NCBI GenBank assembly: GCA_965369625.1
Contig: CBDUQW010000003.1
Span: 9,883 to 73,882, forward strand
Length of the DNA: 64,000 bases
From: an uncultured Thermoplasmata archaeon
GTDB taxonomy: Archaea > Thermoplasmatota > DTKX01 > GCA-020343715
Direction of reading: 5' to 3'
Positions 27,718 through 35,533 of this stretch are shown here, piece by piece (position 1 is the first letter of the stretch; each line of letters begins with the position of its first letter). The position numbers and the translations under genes are program-made. The notes under the pieces are model-generated. The model was given only the letters and a program-made list of their open reading frames with translations. It was not told the DNA's origin and did no database searches.

Positions 27718-29727
27718 GTGGTCAGCGCTAGGGTGGTGCAGAGCTTGACGAAGTTAAGGATCGGAGTATACGTTTGCCATTGCGGTCACAACATCGGCGG
27801 TGTCGTCGATTCCCACGGGGTGGCGGAGTACGCGAAAGGCCTGGAAGGGGTTGTCGTTGCAAGGGACAACAAGTACACTTGCTCCGACCGTGGACAGGAC
27901 GAGATCAAGGTCGACATAAAGAAGCACAAGCTGAACAGGGTGGTCGTCGCCTCCTGCTCACCGAACCTCCACGAGAGGACATTCAGGAGGACGGTGGCGG
28001 ATGCCGGGCTCAACCCGTACCTTTTCCAAATGGTCAACATCCGTGAACAGGTCTCGTGGGTCCACGCTGACGATCACGACGCGGCGACCCGGAAGGCCAA
28101 GGACCTTGTCCGTATGGGTGTGGCGAGAGTGAGGTTGCTGGAGCCCCTCAAGGACCGGCGGGTGGAAATGGAGAGGTCGGTGATGGTCGTCGGCGGGGGT
28201 ATCTCGGGTATTGAGGCATCGCTACAGCTGGCGGCGCTGGGCATCAAGAGCTACCTGGTCGAGAAGACCCCAAGCATCGGCGGCCGGATGGCCCAGCTGG
28301 ACAAGACCTTCCCCACGACGGACTGCTCGATATGCATCCTTGCCCCCAAGATGGTGGAGGTGGCCTCCGAACCCAACATCGAACTGCTCACCTACACCGA
28401 GGTCGAGAACATCGAGGGTTACATCGGCAACTTCACCGTCACCCTCAGGAAGAAGGCCCGACACGTCGACCTGGACAAGTGCATCGGGTGCGGATCGTGC
28501 TCGGATGTGTGCCCGGTCGAGGTCCCCTCCGAGTTCGACATGGAGGTCGGCAACCGCAAGGCCGCCTACATACCGTTCCCCCAGGCCGTGCCGATAAAGT
28601 ACACCATAGACGAGGCCAACTGCCTCTACTTCAAGACCGGCAAGTGCCAGTTGTGCGTCGAGGCATGTCCCACCGATGCCATCGAGCACGACACCACCGA
28701 CGAGCTGGTGGACATCAAGGTGGGGTCCATCGTGCTGGCCACCGGTTTCGACCCGTACAAGCCCATGATCTCCGATTACCTGGGCTACGGAGAGTATCCC
28801 AACGTGATCACCGCGATGGAGTTCGAGCGGATCATCAACGCGTCGGGACCCACCAAGGGGCATGTCCTCAGGCCCTCGGACGGGAAGGTCCCCAAGACCT
28901 TCGCCTTCATCCAGTGTGTGGGGTCCCGGAACAGGAAGATCGGAAACGAGTACTGCTCGAACGTGTGCTGTATGTACACGATGAAGAACGCCCAGCTGAT
29001 CAAGGAGCACTACCCCGACGCAGTGGTGACGGTGTACTACATCGACATCCGTGCCCATGGCAAGGGCTTCGAGGAGTACTACCACCGACTCCGTGAGAAC
29101 TACCAGATCGAATACATCCGTGGCAGGCCGGCGAAGGTCTGGCAGAACGAGAGGACCAAGAACATCACCATCCGGGCCGAGGAGACCCTCCTCAACCTGA
29201 TCACCCAGAGGGAGTTCGACCTGGTCATCCTGTCCGTGGGCCTCGTTCCCGCAGAAGGCACCGACCAGCTCGTTAAAATGCTCAACCTGTCCAAGAGCAC
29301 CGACGGGTTCCTCCAGGAGGCACATCCCAAGCTCCGACCGGTGGAGACCACCACGGCAGGCGTCTTCCTAGCGGGGTGCGTCCAGGGACCCAAGGACATC
29401 CCCTCCTGCGTCGCCCAGGCCAGGGCGGCCGCCGCGGCTGCCGCTGGACCCATCCTGAAGGGCGAGTACGCCATCGAACCCCTGGTCGCCCAGGTCGACC
29501 AGGACAAGTGCATGGGCTGCGGCCTGTGCGTCGAAGTGTGCCCCTACGGGGCTCCCAGGCTCGTGGACCAGGAGGTTGGCCAGAAGGCGGAGATCCTTGA
29601 GGTGCTCTGCAGAGGTTGTGGCACGTGCGTGGCGGCATGCCCCTACCACGCCATCACCGCGGAGCAGTTCTCCGACGAACAGCTGGAACATGAGCTGATG
29701 GCCGCGCTCGAAGTGGAGGTGAAGTAG
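27718..29727 (+). CDS. hdrA: Heterodisulfide reductase subunit A, canonical architecture
   Basis: The N-terminal cluster domain is IGVYVCHCGHNIGGVVD ... VVASCSP. The FAD site is VVGGGISGIEASL. The HdrA signature is GGRMAQLDKTFPTTDCSIC. The inserted ferredoxin has CIGCGSCSDVCP and CQLCVEACP. It also has FIQCVGSRN..YCSNVCCMY and a C-terminal ferredoxin (CMGCGLCVEVCP, CRGCGTCVAACP). The exact start is uncertain. Confidence 0.92.
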   Translation: MVSARVVQSLTKLRIGVYVCHCGHNIGGVVDSHGVAEYAKGLEGVVVARDNKYTCSDRGQDEIKVDIKKHKLNRVVVASCSPNLHERTFRRTVADAGLNPYLFQMVNIREQVSWVHADDHDAATRKAKDLVRMGVARVRLLEPLKDRRVEMERSVMVVGGGISGIEASLQLAALGIKSYLVEKTPSIGGRMAQLDKTFPTTDCSICILAPKMVEVASEPNIELLTYTEVENIEGYIGNFTVTLRKKARHVDLDKCIGCGSCSDVCPVEVPSEFDMEVGNRKAAYIPFPQAVPIKYTIDEANCLYFKTGKCQLCVEACPTDAIEHDTTDELVDIKVGSIVLATGFDPYKPMISDYLGYGEYPNVITAMEFERIINASGPTKGHVLRPSDGKVPKTFAFIQCVGSRNRKIGNEYCSNVCCMYTMKNAQLIKEHYPDAVVTVYYIDIRAHGKGFEEYYHRLRENYQIEYIRGRPAKVWQNERTKNITIRAEETLLNLITQREFDLVILSVGLVPAEGTDQLVKMLNLSKSTDGFLQEAHPKLRPVETTTAGVFLAGCVQGPKDIPSCVAQARAAAAAAAGPILKGEYAIEPLVAQVDQDKCMGCGLCVEVCPYGAPRLVDQEVGQKAEILEVLCRGCGTCVAACPYHAITAEQFSDEQLEHELMAALEVEVK

Positions 29728-29728
29728 C

Positions 29729-30316
29729 ATGACCGGTGAGACCGAGCAGACCTTCATCGGAGCCTCCAAGACGACCATCGTCGAGGAGAAGGTCATCCTC
29801 GACGAGGAGTACGACCCGAATTTCGCCGCCGAGATCGTCAAGTACGGTGGGCGCGACGTCAAGACCTGTCACCAGTGCGGGAACTGCACCGGTGTCTGCC
29901 CTTACAGCCTCAAGACCGCCTACAAGACGCGCAACATCATCAAGATGTGCCAGCTGGGCCTCAAGAGCCTGGTGCTCCATACACCCTGGCTTTGTGCCAC
30001 ATGCTACCGTTGCTACGAGCACTGCCCCGAGGACATCAACGCCGCGGAGGTCATGATCGCACTGCGCCACATAGCCATCCGAGACGGGAACATCCCCGAT
30101 TTCATCGTCCGGGTGAGCAAGAACGTCGTCAAGTACGGTCAGAGCATCGCACCATCGCGAGAGGTGGAGGTGCTACGCGAGCAGCTAGAGCTGGGACCCC
30201 TGCCGTACGCCCGACCGAAGCACGCAAAGAACATCACCGAGATCCAGCACATCATAAGGGCTACGGGCTACGACGAGCTGATACACATCAGTGCCAGACC
30301 TGAGGAGGATGAGTGA
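29729..30316 (+). CDS. hdrC: Heterodisulfide reductase subunit C (divergent, 195 aa)
   Basis: It has CHQCGNCTGVCP and CATCYRCYEHCPEDI. It starts 1 nt after the hdrA stop. Confidence 0.88.
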   Translation: MTGETEQTFIGASKTTIVEEKVILDEEYDPNFAAEIVKYGGRDVKTCHQCGNCTGVCPYSLKTAYKTRNIIKMCQLGLKSLVLHTPWLCATCYRCYEHCPEDINAAEVMIALRHIAIRDGNIPDFIVRVSKNVVKYGQSIAPSREVEVLREQLELGPLPYARPKHAKNITEIQHIIRATGYDELIHISARPEEDE

Positions 30317-31241
30317 CATGACCTACGGACTCTTCATGGGATGCCTCATCCCCAACCGTTACCCCGGCATCGAGTGGGCGACCGAGTTCCTCCTCAATAA
30401 AAAGCAGCTCAACGTGCATGCTGACAGGATCGATGACTTCACCTGTTGTCCGGTCCCGGGCATCTTCTACTCCGCGGACAAGGAGACCTGGCTGGCGCTG
30501 GCGGCACGCAACCTCGTGTTGGCCCAGGAGAACGAGAAGGAGATCCTCACCCTGTGCAACGGATGCTACATGTCGCTGCACAAGGCTTCCGAGAAGCTAC
30601 AGGACCCGAAGCAGCGGTCGAGGACGAACAAGGTGCTGAAGGGAGTGGGCAAGCGCTACGTCGGTGAGGAGATCCCCACGGAAGGGCGTGTCAAGCAGTA
30701 CCGGCCCATCCAGGTCAAGCACCTGGTCGAGATCCTCATCCACGACGTGGGCCTCGAGAAGCTGGAGGAGAAGTTGGTCCATCCCCTCACGGGCCTCCGG
30801 GTGGCCGTGCACTACGGTTGCCATTACCTACGCCCCTCCGAGAACCACCAGATCGAGAACCCCAACCGACCCAGGTACATCGACGACATCGTCAAGGCGT
30901 GCGGCGCCACGTCGGTGGATTACGACGAGAAGCTCTCCTGCTGTGGTGCCGGCGGGGGCGTCCGCTCCCATGTCAAGGAGCTGGCCGACGCCCTCACCGA
31001 CGACAAGATAAAGAGCATCACCAAGGCAAGGGCCGACGTCATCGTGACCCCATGTCCCTTCTGCCTGCTGCAGTTCGATACGGCCCAGTCATCGCTTCCA
31101 GGGGTCAACATCCCCGCCATCCACCTCTCGAGCTTCGTGGCCCTCGCCTTGGGAGCCGACCCGCTGTTCCTGGGCTTCGACCTGCACAACATCTCGGTCA
31201 ATCCGCTGCTTCGGAAGCTGCGAAGGGGGGCGATAGCGTGA
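30309..31241 (+). CDS. hdrB: Heterodisulfide reductase subunit B (divergent, with an insertion)
   Basis: ATG 30309 follows GGAGG and overlaps the hdrC stop. It has FMGCLIPNRYPGIE, TCCPVPG, LCNGC, SCCGAGGG and PCPFCLLQF. Confidence 0.88.
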   Translation: MSDMTYGLFMGCLIPNRYPGIEWATEFLLNKKQLNVHADRIDDFTCCPVPGIFYSADKETWLALAARNLVLAQENEKEILTLCNGCYMSLHKASEKLQDPKQRSRTNKVLKGVGKRYVGEEIPTEGRVKQYRPIQVKHLVEILIHDVGLEKLEEKLVHPLTGLRVAVHYGCHYLRPSENHQIENPNRPRYIDDIVKACGATSVDYDEKLSCCGAGGGVRSHVKELADALTDDKIKSITKARADVIVTPCPFCLLQFDTAQSSLPGVNIPAIHLSSFVALALGADPLFLGFDLHNISVNPLLRKLRRGAIA

Positions 31242-31714
31242 CCGGGAAGGCGAAGGAGTCTGGGAAGAAGGAGGCCGCCGCCGTCGAGGGATTCGACCCG
31301 AGGGTGATAATCTTCGCATGCAACTGGTGCTCGTACTCGGGCGCCGACCTTGCAGGCACCTCCCGATACCAGTATGCGCCGAACGTGCGCATCATCCGTG
31401 TCATGTGCTCTGGCCGTGTGGACCCCAGCCTCATCCTGAAGGCGCTGCGGAACGGCGCCGACGGAGTGCTGGTATCGGGCTGCCATCCTGCAGACTGCCA
31501 CTACATCAACGGGAACCAGAAGGCCGAGGTCCGGGTATCCTTCCTCAAGCGCTTCCTTCCCCACGTGGGCATCGACCCCCGGAGGCTCCGCCTGGAGTGG
31601 ATATCCGGGTCGGAGGGCGAGCTGTTCGCCCGGATCGCCACCACCTTCACAGAGGAGATCCGGGAACTCGGACCCAACCCCCTGACCGGGGACGACGTGC
31701 CGGAGGTGAGGTAG
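31238..31714 (+). CDS. mvhD: MvhD-type [2Fe-2S] electron-transfer protein (D0, plain)
   Basis: A GTGA overlap joins it to hdrB. It has ACNWCSYSGADLAG, VMCSGRVDP and GCHPADCHY. The track ORF (from 30818) is a run-on in an alternative frame of hdrB. Confidence 0.88.
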   Translation: MTGKAKESGKKEAAAVEGFDPRVIIFACNWCSYSGADLAGTSRYQYAPNVRIIRVMCSGRVDPSLILKALRNGADGVLVSGCHPADCHYINGNQKAEVRVSFLKRFLPHVGIDPRRLRLEWISGSEGELFARIATTFTEEIRELGPNPLTGDDVPEVR

Positions 31715-34700
31715 ATGGCGGACAAGGCGATCGGGGCTGTGATGGTGGTCGGCGGAGGCATCGCTGGCACGCAAGCGGCCCTCGACCTGGCCGACGGCGG
31801 CTTCAAGGTCTATGTCATCGAGCGCAGCCCCTCCATCGGAGGCGTGATGGCGCAATTGGACAAGACCTTCCCGACCAACGACTGCTCGATGTGCATCCTG
31901 GCCCCGAAACTGGTGGACGCGGGAAGGCACCCCAACATCGAGCTCAAGATCCTCTCCGAGGTGACGGGGTTCAAGGGCAAGCCAGGTAACTTCAAGGTGG
32001 AGCTCACCCGGAAGACCCTCTCCGTCGACGAGGACAAGTGCACGGGCTGCGGCGAGTGCGCCGACATATGCCCTGTGGAGGGGACGAACCCCTTCGACGA
32101 GAACATCGGCGTCCGGAAGGCCATCTACGTGCCCTTCCCCCAGGCTGTGCCCCTGGTCTACACCATCGACAGGAGCATGTGCATAGGCTGCGGCGAGTGC
32201 GAGAAGTTCTGCGGGGCCAACGCCATCGTGTACGAGATGGAGGAGACGGTCACGGAGTCCATCAAGGTGGGCGCTGTCATCCTGGCCCCCGGCTTCGAGG
32301 AGTTCGACCCTTCGAAGCTCACCGCCTACGGATACAAGGACTTCCCCAACGTGGTCACCTCCATCGAGTTCGAGCGGATGATGAGCGCCTCGGGTCCCAC
32401 GGGCGGGCACATCCTCAGGCCCTCCGACGGCAGGACCCCCGATAACGTCGCCTTCCTACACTGCATCGGTTCGCGCGACGTCAGCCTGGGGATCACCTAC
32501 TGCTCTTCCGTCTGCTGCATGTACTCCCTCAAGGAGGCCATCATCGCCCAGGAGCACACACCGGGCCTCAAGACCCACCTGTTCGCGATGGACTTCCGCG
32601 CGGTGGGCAAGCAGTTCGAGGAATACAGGATCCGCGCCGAGAACGATCTGGGCATCAAGATCACAAGGAACAACCGCGTCGGTTCACTCGAGGAGGACCC
32701 CGTGACCCGGAAGCTCACGGTCAGGTACATCGAGGGGGACCATATATTGGACGAGGAGTTCGACATGGTCGTGCTCAGCGTCGGGCTGCGTCCCCCCATA
32801 AACGGTGACTACCTGGCACGCACCTTCGGGGTGGAGCTCAACGAGCACGGGTTCACCGCCCACTCCACGTTCAAGCCCCTCGAGACCAACGTCCCCGGGG
32901 TCTTCGTGGCCGGGGCCTTCAGATCGCCCAAGGACATCCCGGATACGGTGGCCGAGGCCTCCGGCGCCGCAGCCCTGGCCGCTGCGGTCGTGGTGGAGGG
33001 TCGAGGCGACCTCGTCACCGAGGTCGAGTACCCCGAGGAACGGGATGTCGAGGGCCAGGAGGCGCGTGTCGGGGTCTTCGTGTGCCACTGCGGCACCAAC
33101 ATCGGTGGTGTGGTCGACGTGCCCGGTGTCACGGAGTACGCCCGGGGCCTTCCTGGAGTGGTCTTCGCCGATGACAACCTATACACCTGCTCCCAGGACA
33201 CCAACAAGTACATCGCGAACATGATCAGGGAGCACGACCTCAACCGGGTCGTCGTGGCATCGTGCACACCCCGCACCCACGAGCCCCTGTTCCGGCAGAC
33301 GCTGAAGGAGGCCGGGCTCAACCCCTACCTTTTCGAGATGGCCAACATCCGGGACCACTGCTCGTGGATCCACATGCACGAGCCGAACGAGGCCACCGAG
33401 AAGTCCAAGGACCTGGTGCGTATGACCGTAGCGAAGGCCCGACTGCTGGAACCTCTCCAGAAGCACCGCATCCCCATCACGCCAAGGGCGCTGGTGATCG
33501 GCGGGGGACTTTCAGGCATGACAGCGGCCCTGGAGATCGCGGAGCAGGGTTTCGAGGTGGACCTCGTCGAGAAGACCAACGCCCTTGGTGGCAACCTTCG
33601 GAGGGTGACCCACAGCATCACTGGCGAGAAACCCCAGGACATCCTCAAGGAGACCATCGCTGCCATCAACGAACAGAGGCTCATAACCCTCCACACGGGT
33701 ACCGAGATCGAGATACTGAGCGGGTACATGGGCAACTTCGACGTGGTCCTCAAGGACGGAACCGCAATGAAGGTGGGGGCCATCATCGTCGCCAGCGGCG
33801 CCATCGAGTACAAGCCGACGGAGTACTACTACGGCAAGAACCCGAATGTCATCACCCAGCTGGAGCTGGAGGAGGAGATGACCAAGGGCGCCTTCGCCCC
33901 CAAGAACGTGGTCATCATCCAATGCGTAGGAGCCCGCGATGAGAACCATCCGAACTGCAGCCGCATCTGCTGCACCACGTCGGTGAAGAACGCCATCGCG
34001 CTCAAGAGGGCCAACATGAACACCAATGTCTACATCATCTACAAGGACATCCGGACCTACGGTTTCAACGAGGACGCGTACCTGGAGGCGGCCCGGCTCG
34101 GGGTCGTCTTCGCCCGCTACAGTGACGAGTCGAAACCCAAGCTCTCCTACACCAAGAAGGGTCTGGTCTTCCGCGTCCTTGACCGGTTCACCAACACCGA
34201 GATCACCATCGTCCCGGACCTGGTGGTCCTCAACGCTGCAACCCATCCCGACCCCAAGAACAAGGTGCTGGCCGGGTTGCTCAAGGTGCCCCTCACCCAT
34301 GAGGGGTACTTCCTGGAGGCCCACATGAAGCTGCGCCCAGTGGAGTTCGCCACCGACGGTATCTTCGCATGCGGCCTGGCACTGGGTCCGAAGTTCATCA
34401 GCGAGTCCATCAACCAGGCGACGGCGGCGGCGGGGAAGGTGGCGGCGGTGCTCTCCAAGGAGTTCGCCGAGGCCGAGGCCAACACCGCCGAGGTTGACGC
34501 CGAGATCTGCACCGGCTGCGGTACCTGCATCCAGGTGTGCCCGTACAGTGCCATCGAGCGGGGCGAGGACCGCAAGGCGGTGGTGAACGCCGTCCTGTGC
34601 AAGGGCTGCGGCACATGCGTGGCGACCTGCCCCGAGAAGGCCATCGACATCCATCACTTCACCAACGAGCAGCTGTACCAACAGGCCATCGCCCTCATCC

Positions 34701-34720
34701 AGAACGGAGGTGGTGCATGA
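31715..34720 (+). CDS. Long two-module HdrA-like flavoprotein L1 (1001 aa)
   Basis: The domain order is FAD module A with inserted ferredoxin, an internal HdrA N-domain-like cluster domain, FAD module B, then a C-terminal 2x[4Fe-4S] ferredoxin. Module A has VVGGGIAGTQAAL, GGVMAQLDKTFPTNDCSMC, CTGCGECADICP, CIGCGECEKFC and CIGSRD..YCSSVCCMY. The internal domain is VGVFVCHCGTNIGGVVD..VVASCTPRTHEPLF..NIRDHCSW. Module B has VIGGGLSGMTAAL and IIQCVGARD..CSRICC. The C-terminal ferredoxin has CTGCGTCIQVCP and CKGCGTCVATCP. Confidence 0.88.
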   Translation: MADKAIGAVMVVGGGIAGTQAALDLADGGFKVYVIERSPSIGGVMAQLDKTFPTNDCSMCILAPKLVDAGRHPNIELKILSEVTGFKGKPGNFKVELTRKTLSVDEDKCTGCGECADICPVEGTNPFDENIGVRKAIYVPFPQAVPLVYTIDRSMCIGCGECEKFCGANAIVYEMEETVTESIKVGAVILAPGFEEFDPSKLTAYGYKDFPNVVTSIEFERMMSASGPTGGHILRPSDGRTPDNVAFLHCIGSRDVSLGITYCSSVCCMYSLKEAIIAQEHTPGLKTHLFAMDFRAVGKQFEEYRIRAENDLGIKITRNNRVGSLEEDPVTRKLTVRYIEGDHILDEEFDMVVLSVGLRPPINGDYLARTFGVELNEHGFTAHSTFKPLETNVPGVFVAGAFRSPKDIPDTVAEASGAAALAAAVVVEGRGDLVTEVEYPEERDVEGQEARVGVFVCHCGTNIGGVVDVPGVTEYARGLPGVVFADDNLYTCSQDTNKYIANMIREHDLNRVVVASCTPRTHEPLFRQTLKEAGLNPYLFEMANIRDHCSWIHMHEPNEATEKSKDLVRMTVAKARLLEPLQKHRIPITPRALVIGGGLSGMTAALEIAEQGFEVDLVEKTNALGGNLRRVTHSITGEKPQDILKETIAAINEQRLITLHTGTEIEILSGYMGNFDVVLKDGTAMKVGAIIVASGAIEYKPTEYYYGKNPNVITQLELEEEMTKGAFAPKNVVIIQCVGARDENHPNCSRICCTTSVKNAIALKRANMNTNVYIIYKDIRTYGFNEDAYLEAARLGVVFARYSDESKPKLSYTKKGLVFRVLDRFTNTEITIVPDLVVLNAATHPDPKNKVLAGLLKVPLTHEGYFLEAHMKLRPVEFATDGIFACGLALGPKFISESINQATAAAGKVAAVLSKEFAEAEANTAEVDAEICTGCGTCIQVCPYSAIERGEDRKAVVNAVLCKGCGTCVATCPEKAIDIHHFTNEQLYQQAIALIQNGGGA

Positions 34721-35532
34721 TGACCCCACCCGCAAAGGCAAAGGGGAAGGCCGCGGATGCGGCATCGTGGGAACCTCGGATAGTCGCGTTCTGCTGCAAC
34801 TGGTGCTCCTACGCCGGGGCAGACCTGGCGGGCGTCTCAAGGGTCCAGATGCCCACGAGCTTCCGCATGATCCGGATCATGTGCTCCGGCAGGATCGACC
34901 CCGAGCTCTGCGTAAGGCTCCTGCGGGAGGGTCTGGACGGTGTGCTGGTCCTGGGTTGCCATCCCGGGGACTGCCACTACATCGAGGGCAACTACTTCGC
35001 CGAGATCAAGATGGAGTGGGCCCGGCACTTGCTGGACAAGACGGCGTTCGGTAGCGGGAGGGTCCTCCTGGACTGGGTATCGGCCTCAGAGGACCAGCTC
35101 TTCGCCTCCATAGTCACGGATTTCATCGACTCCGTCAAGGAGATGGGCCCGAACCCGATAGACGATGCAGGGAGCCAGGAAATGCGGGACGAGCTGGATG
35201 CGGTCCTCATGACCCTGTCCGACTTCCGCCTCCGTGCCCTCATGGGCAAGGTCAGGACCATCCGGGACAACGGGAACGTGTACGGCGAGAACGTCCGTCG
35301 CAGCGAGCTGGACGCCCTGGTCGGGGACGCTGTGGAATCAGAGTTCCTGCGGAACGCCATCCTCGTCCTCGCAAGGGAGAAGGACATGTCCGTCCCGCAG
35401 CTCGCCCAGCGGTTGGACCGCGACCCCCAGGTGATCATGAAGCAGGTGGTACGCCTCAGGCAGCGGAACGCCCTCGAGTTCACGACTATCAAAGGGAACG
35501 ATCCCTACTACAAGACCATGGGAGGTTTCTAA
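34717..35532 (+). CDS. MvhD domain fused to a roughly 120-aa C-terminal helical plus winged-helix-like extension (D1-X)
   Basis: An ATGA overlap joins it to L1. The core has CCNWCSYAGADLAG, IMCSGRIDP and GCHPGDCHY. The extension (nt 35167-35532) has ..LSDFRLRALMGKVRTIRDNGNVYGE.. followed by DMSVPQLAQRLDRDPQVIMKQVVRLRQRNALEFTTIKGNDPYYK. Confidence 0.85.
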   Translation: MMTPPAKAKGKAADAASWEPRIVAFCCNWCSYAGADLAGVSRVQMPTSFRMIRIMCSGRIDPELCVRLLREGLDGVLVLGCHPGDCHYIEGNYFAEIKMEWARHLLDKTAFGSGRVLLDWVSASEDQLFASIVTDFIDSVKEMGPNPIDDAGSQEMRDELDAVLMTLSDFRLRALMGKVRTIRDNGNVYGENVRRSELDALVGDAVESEFLRNAILVLAREKDMSVPQLAQRLDRDPQVIMKQVVRLRQRNALEFTTIKGNDPYYKTMGGF

Positions 35533-35533
35533 C

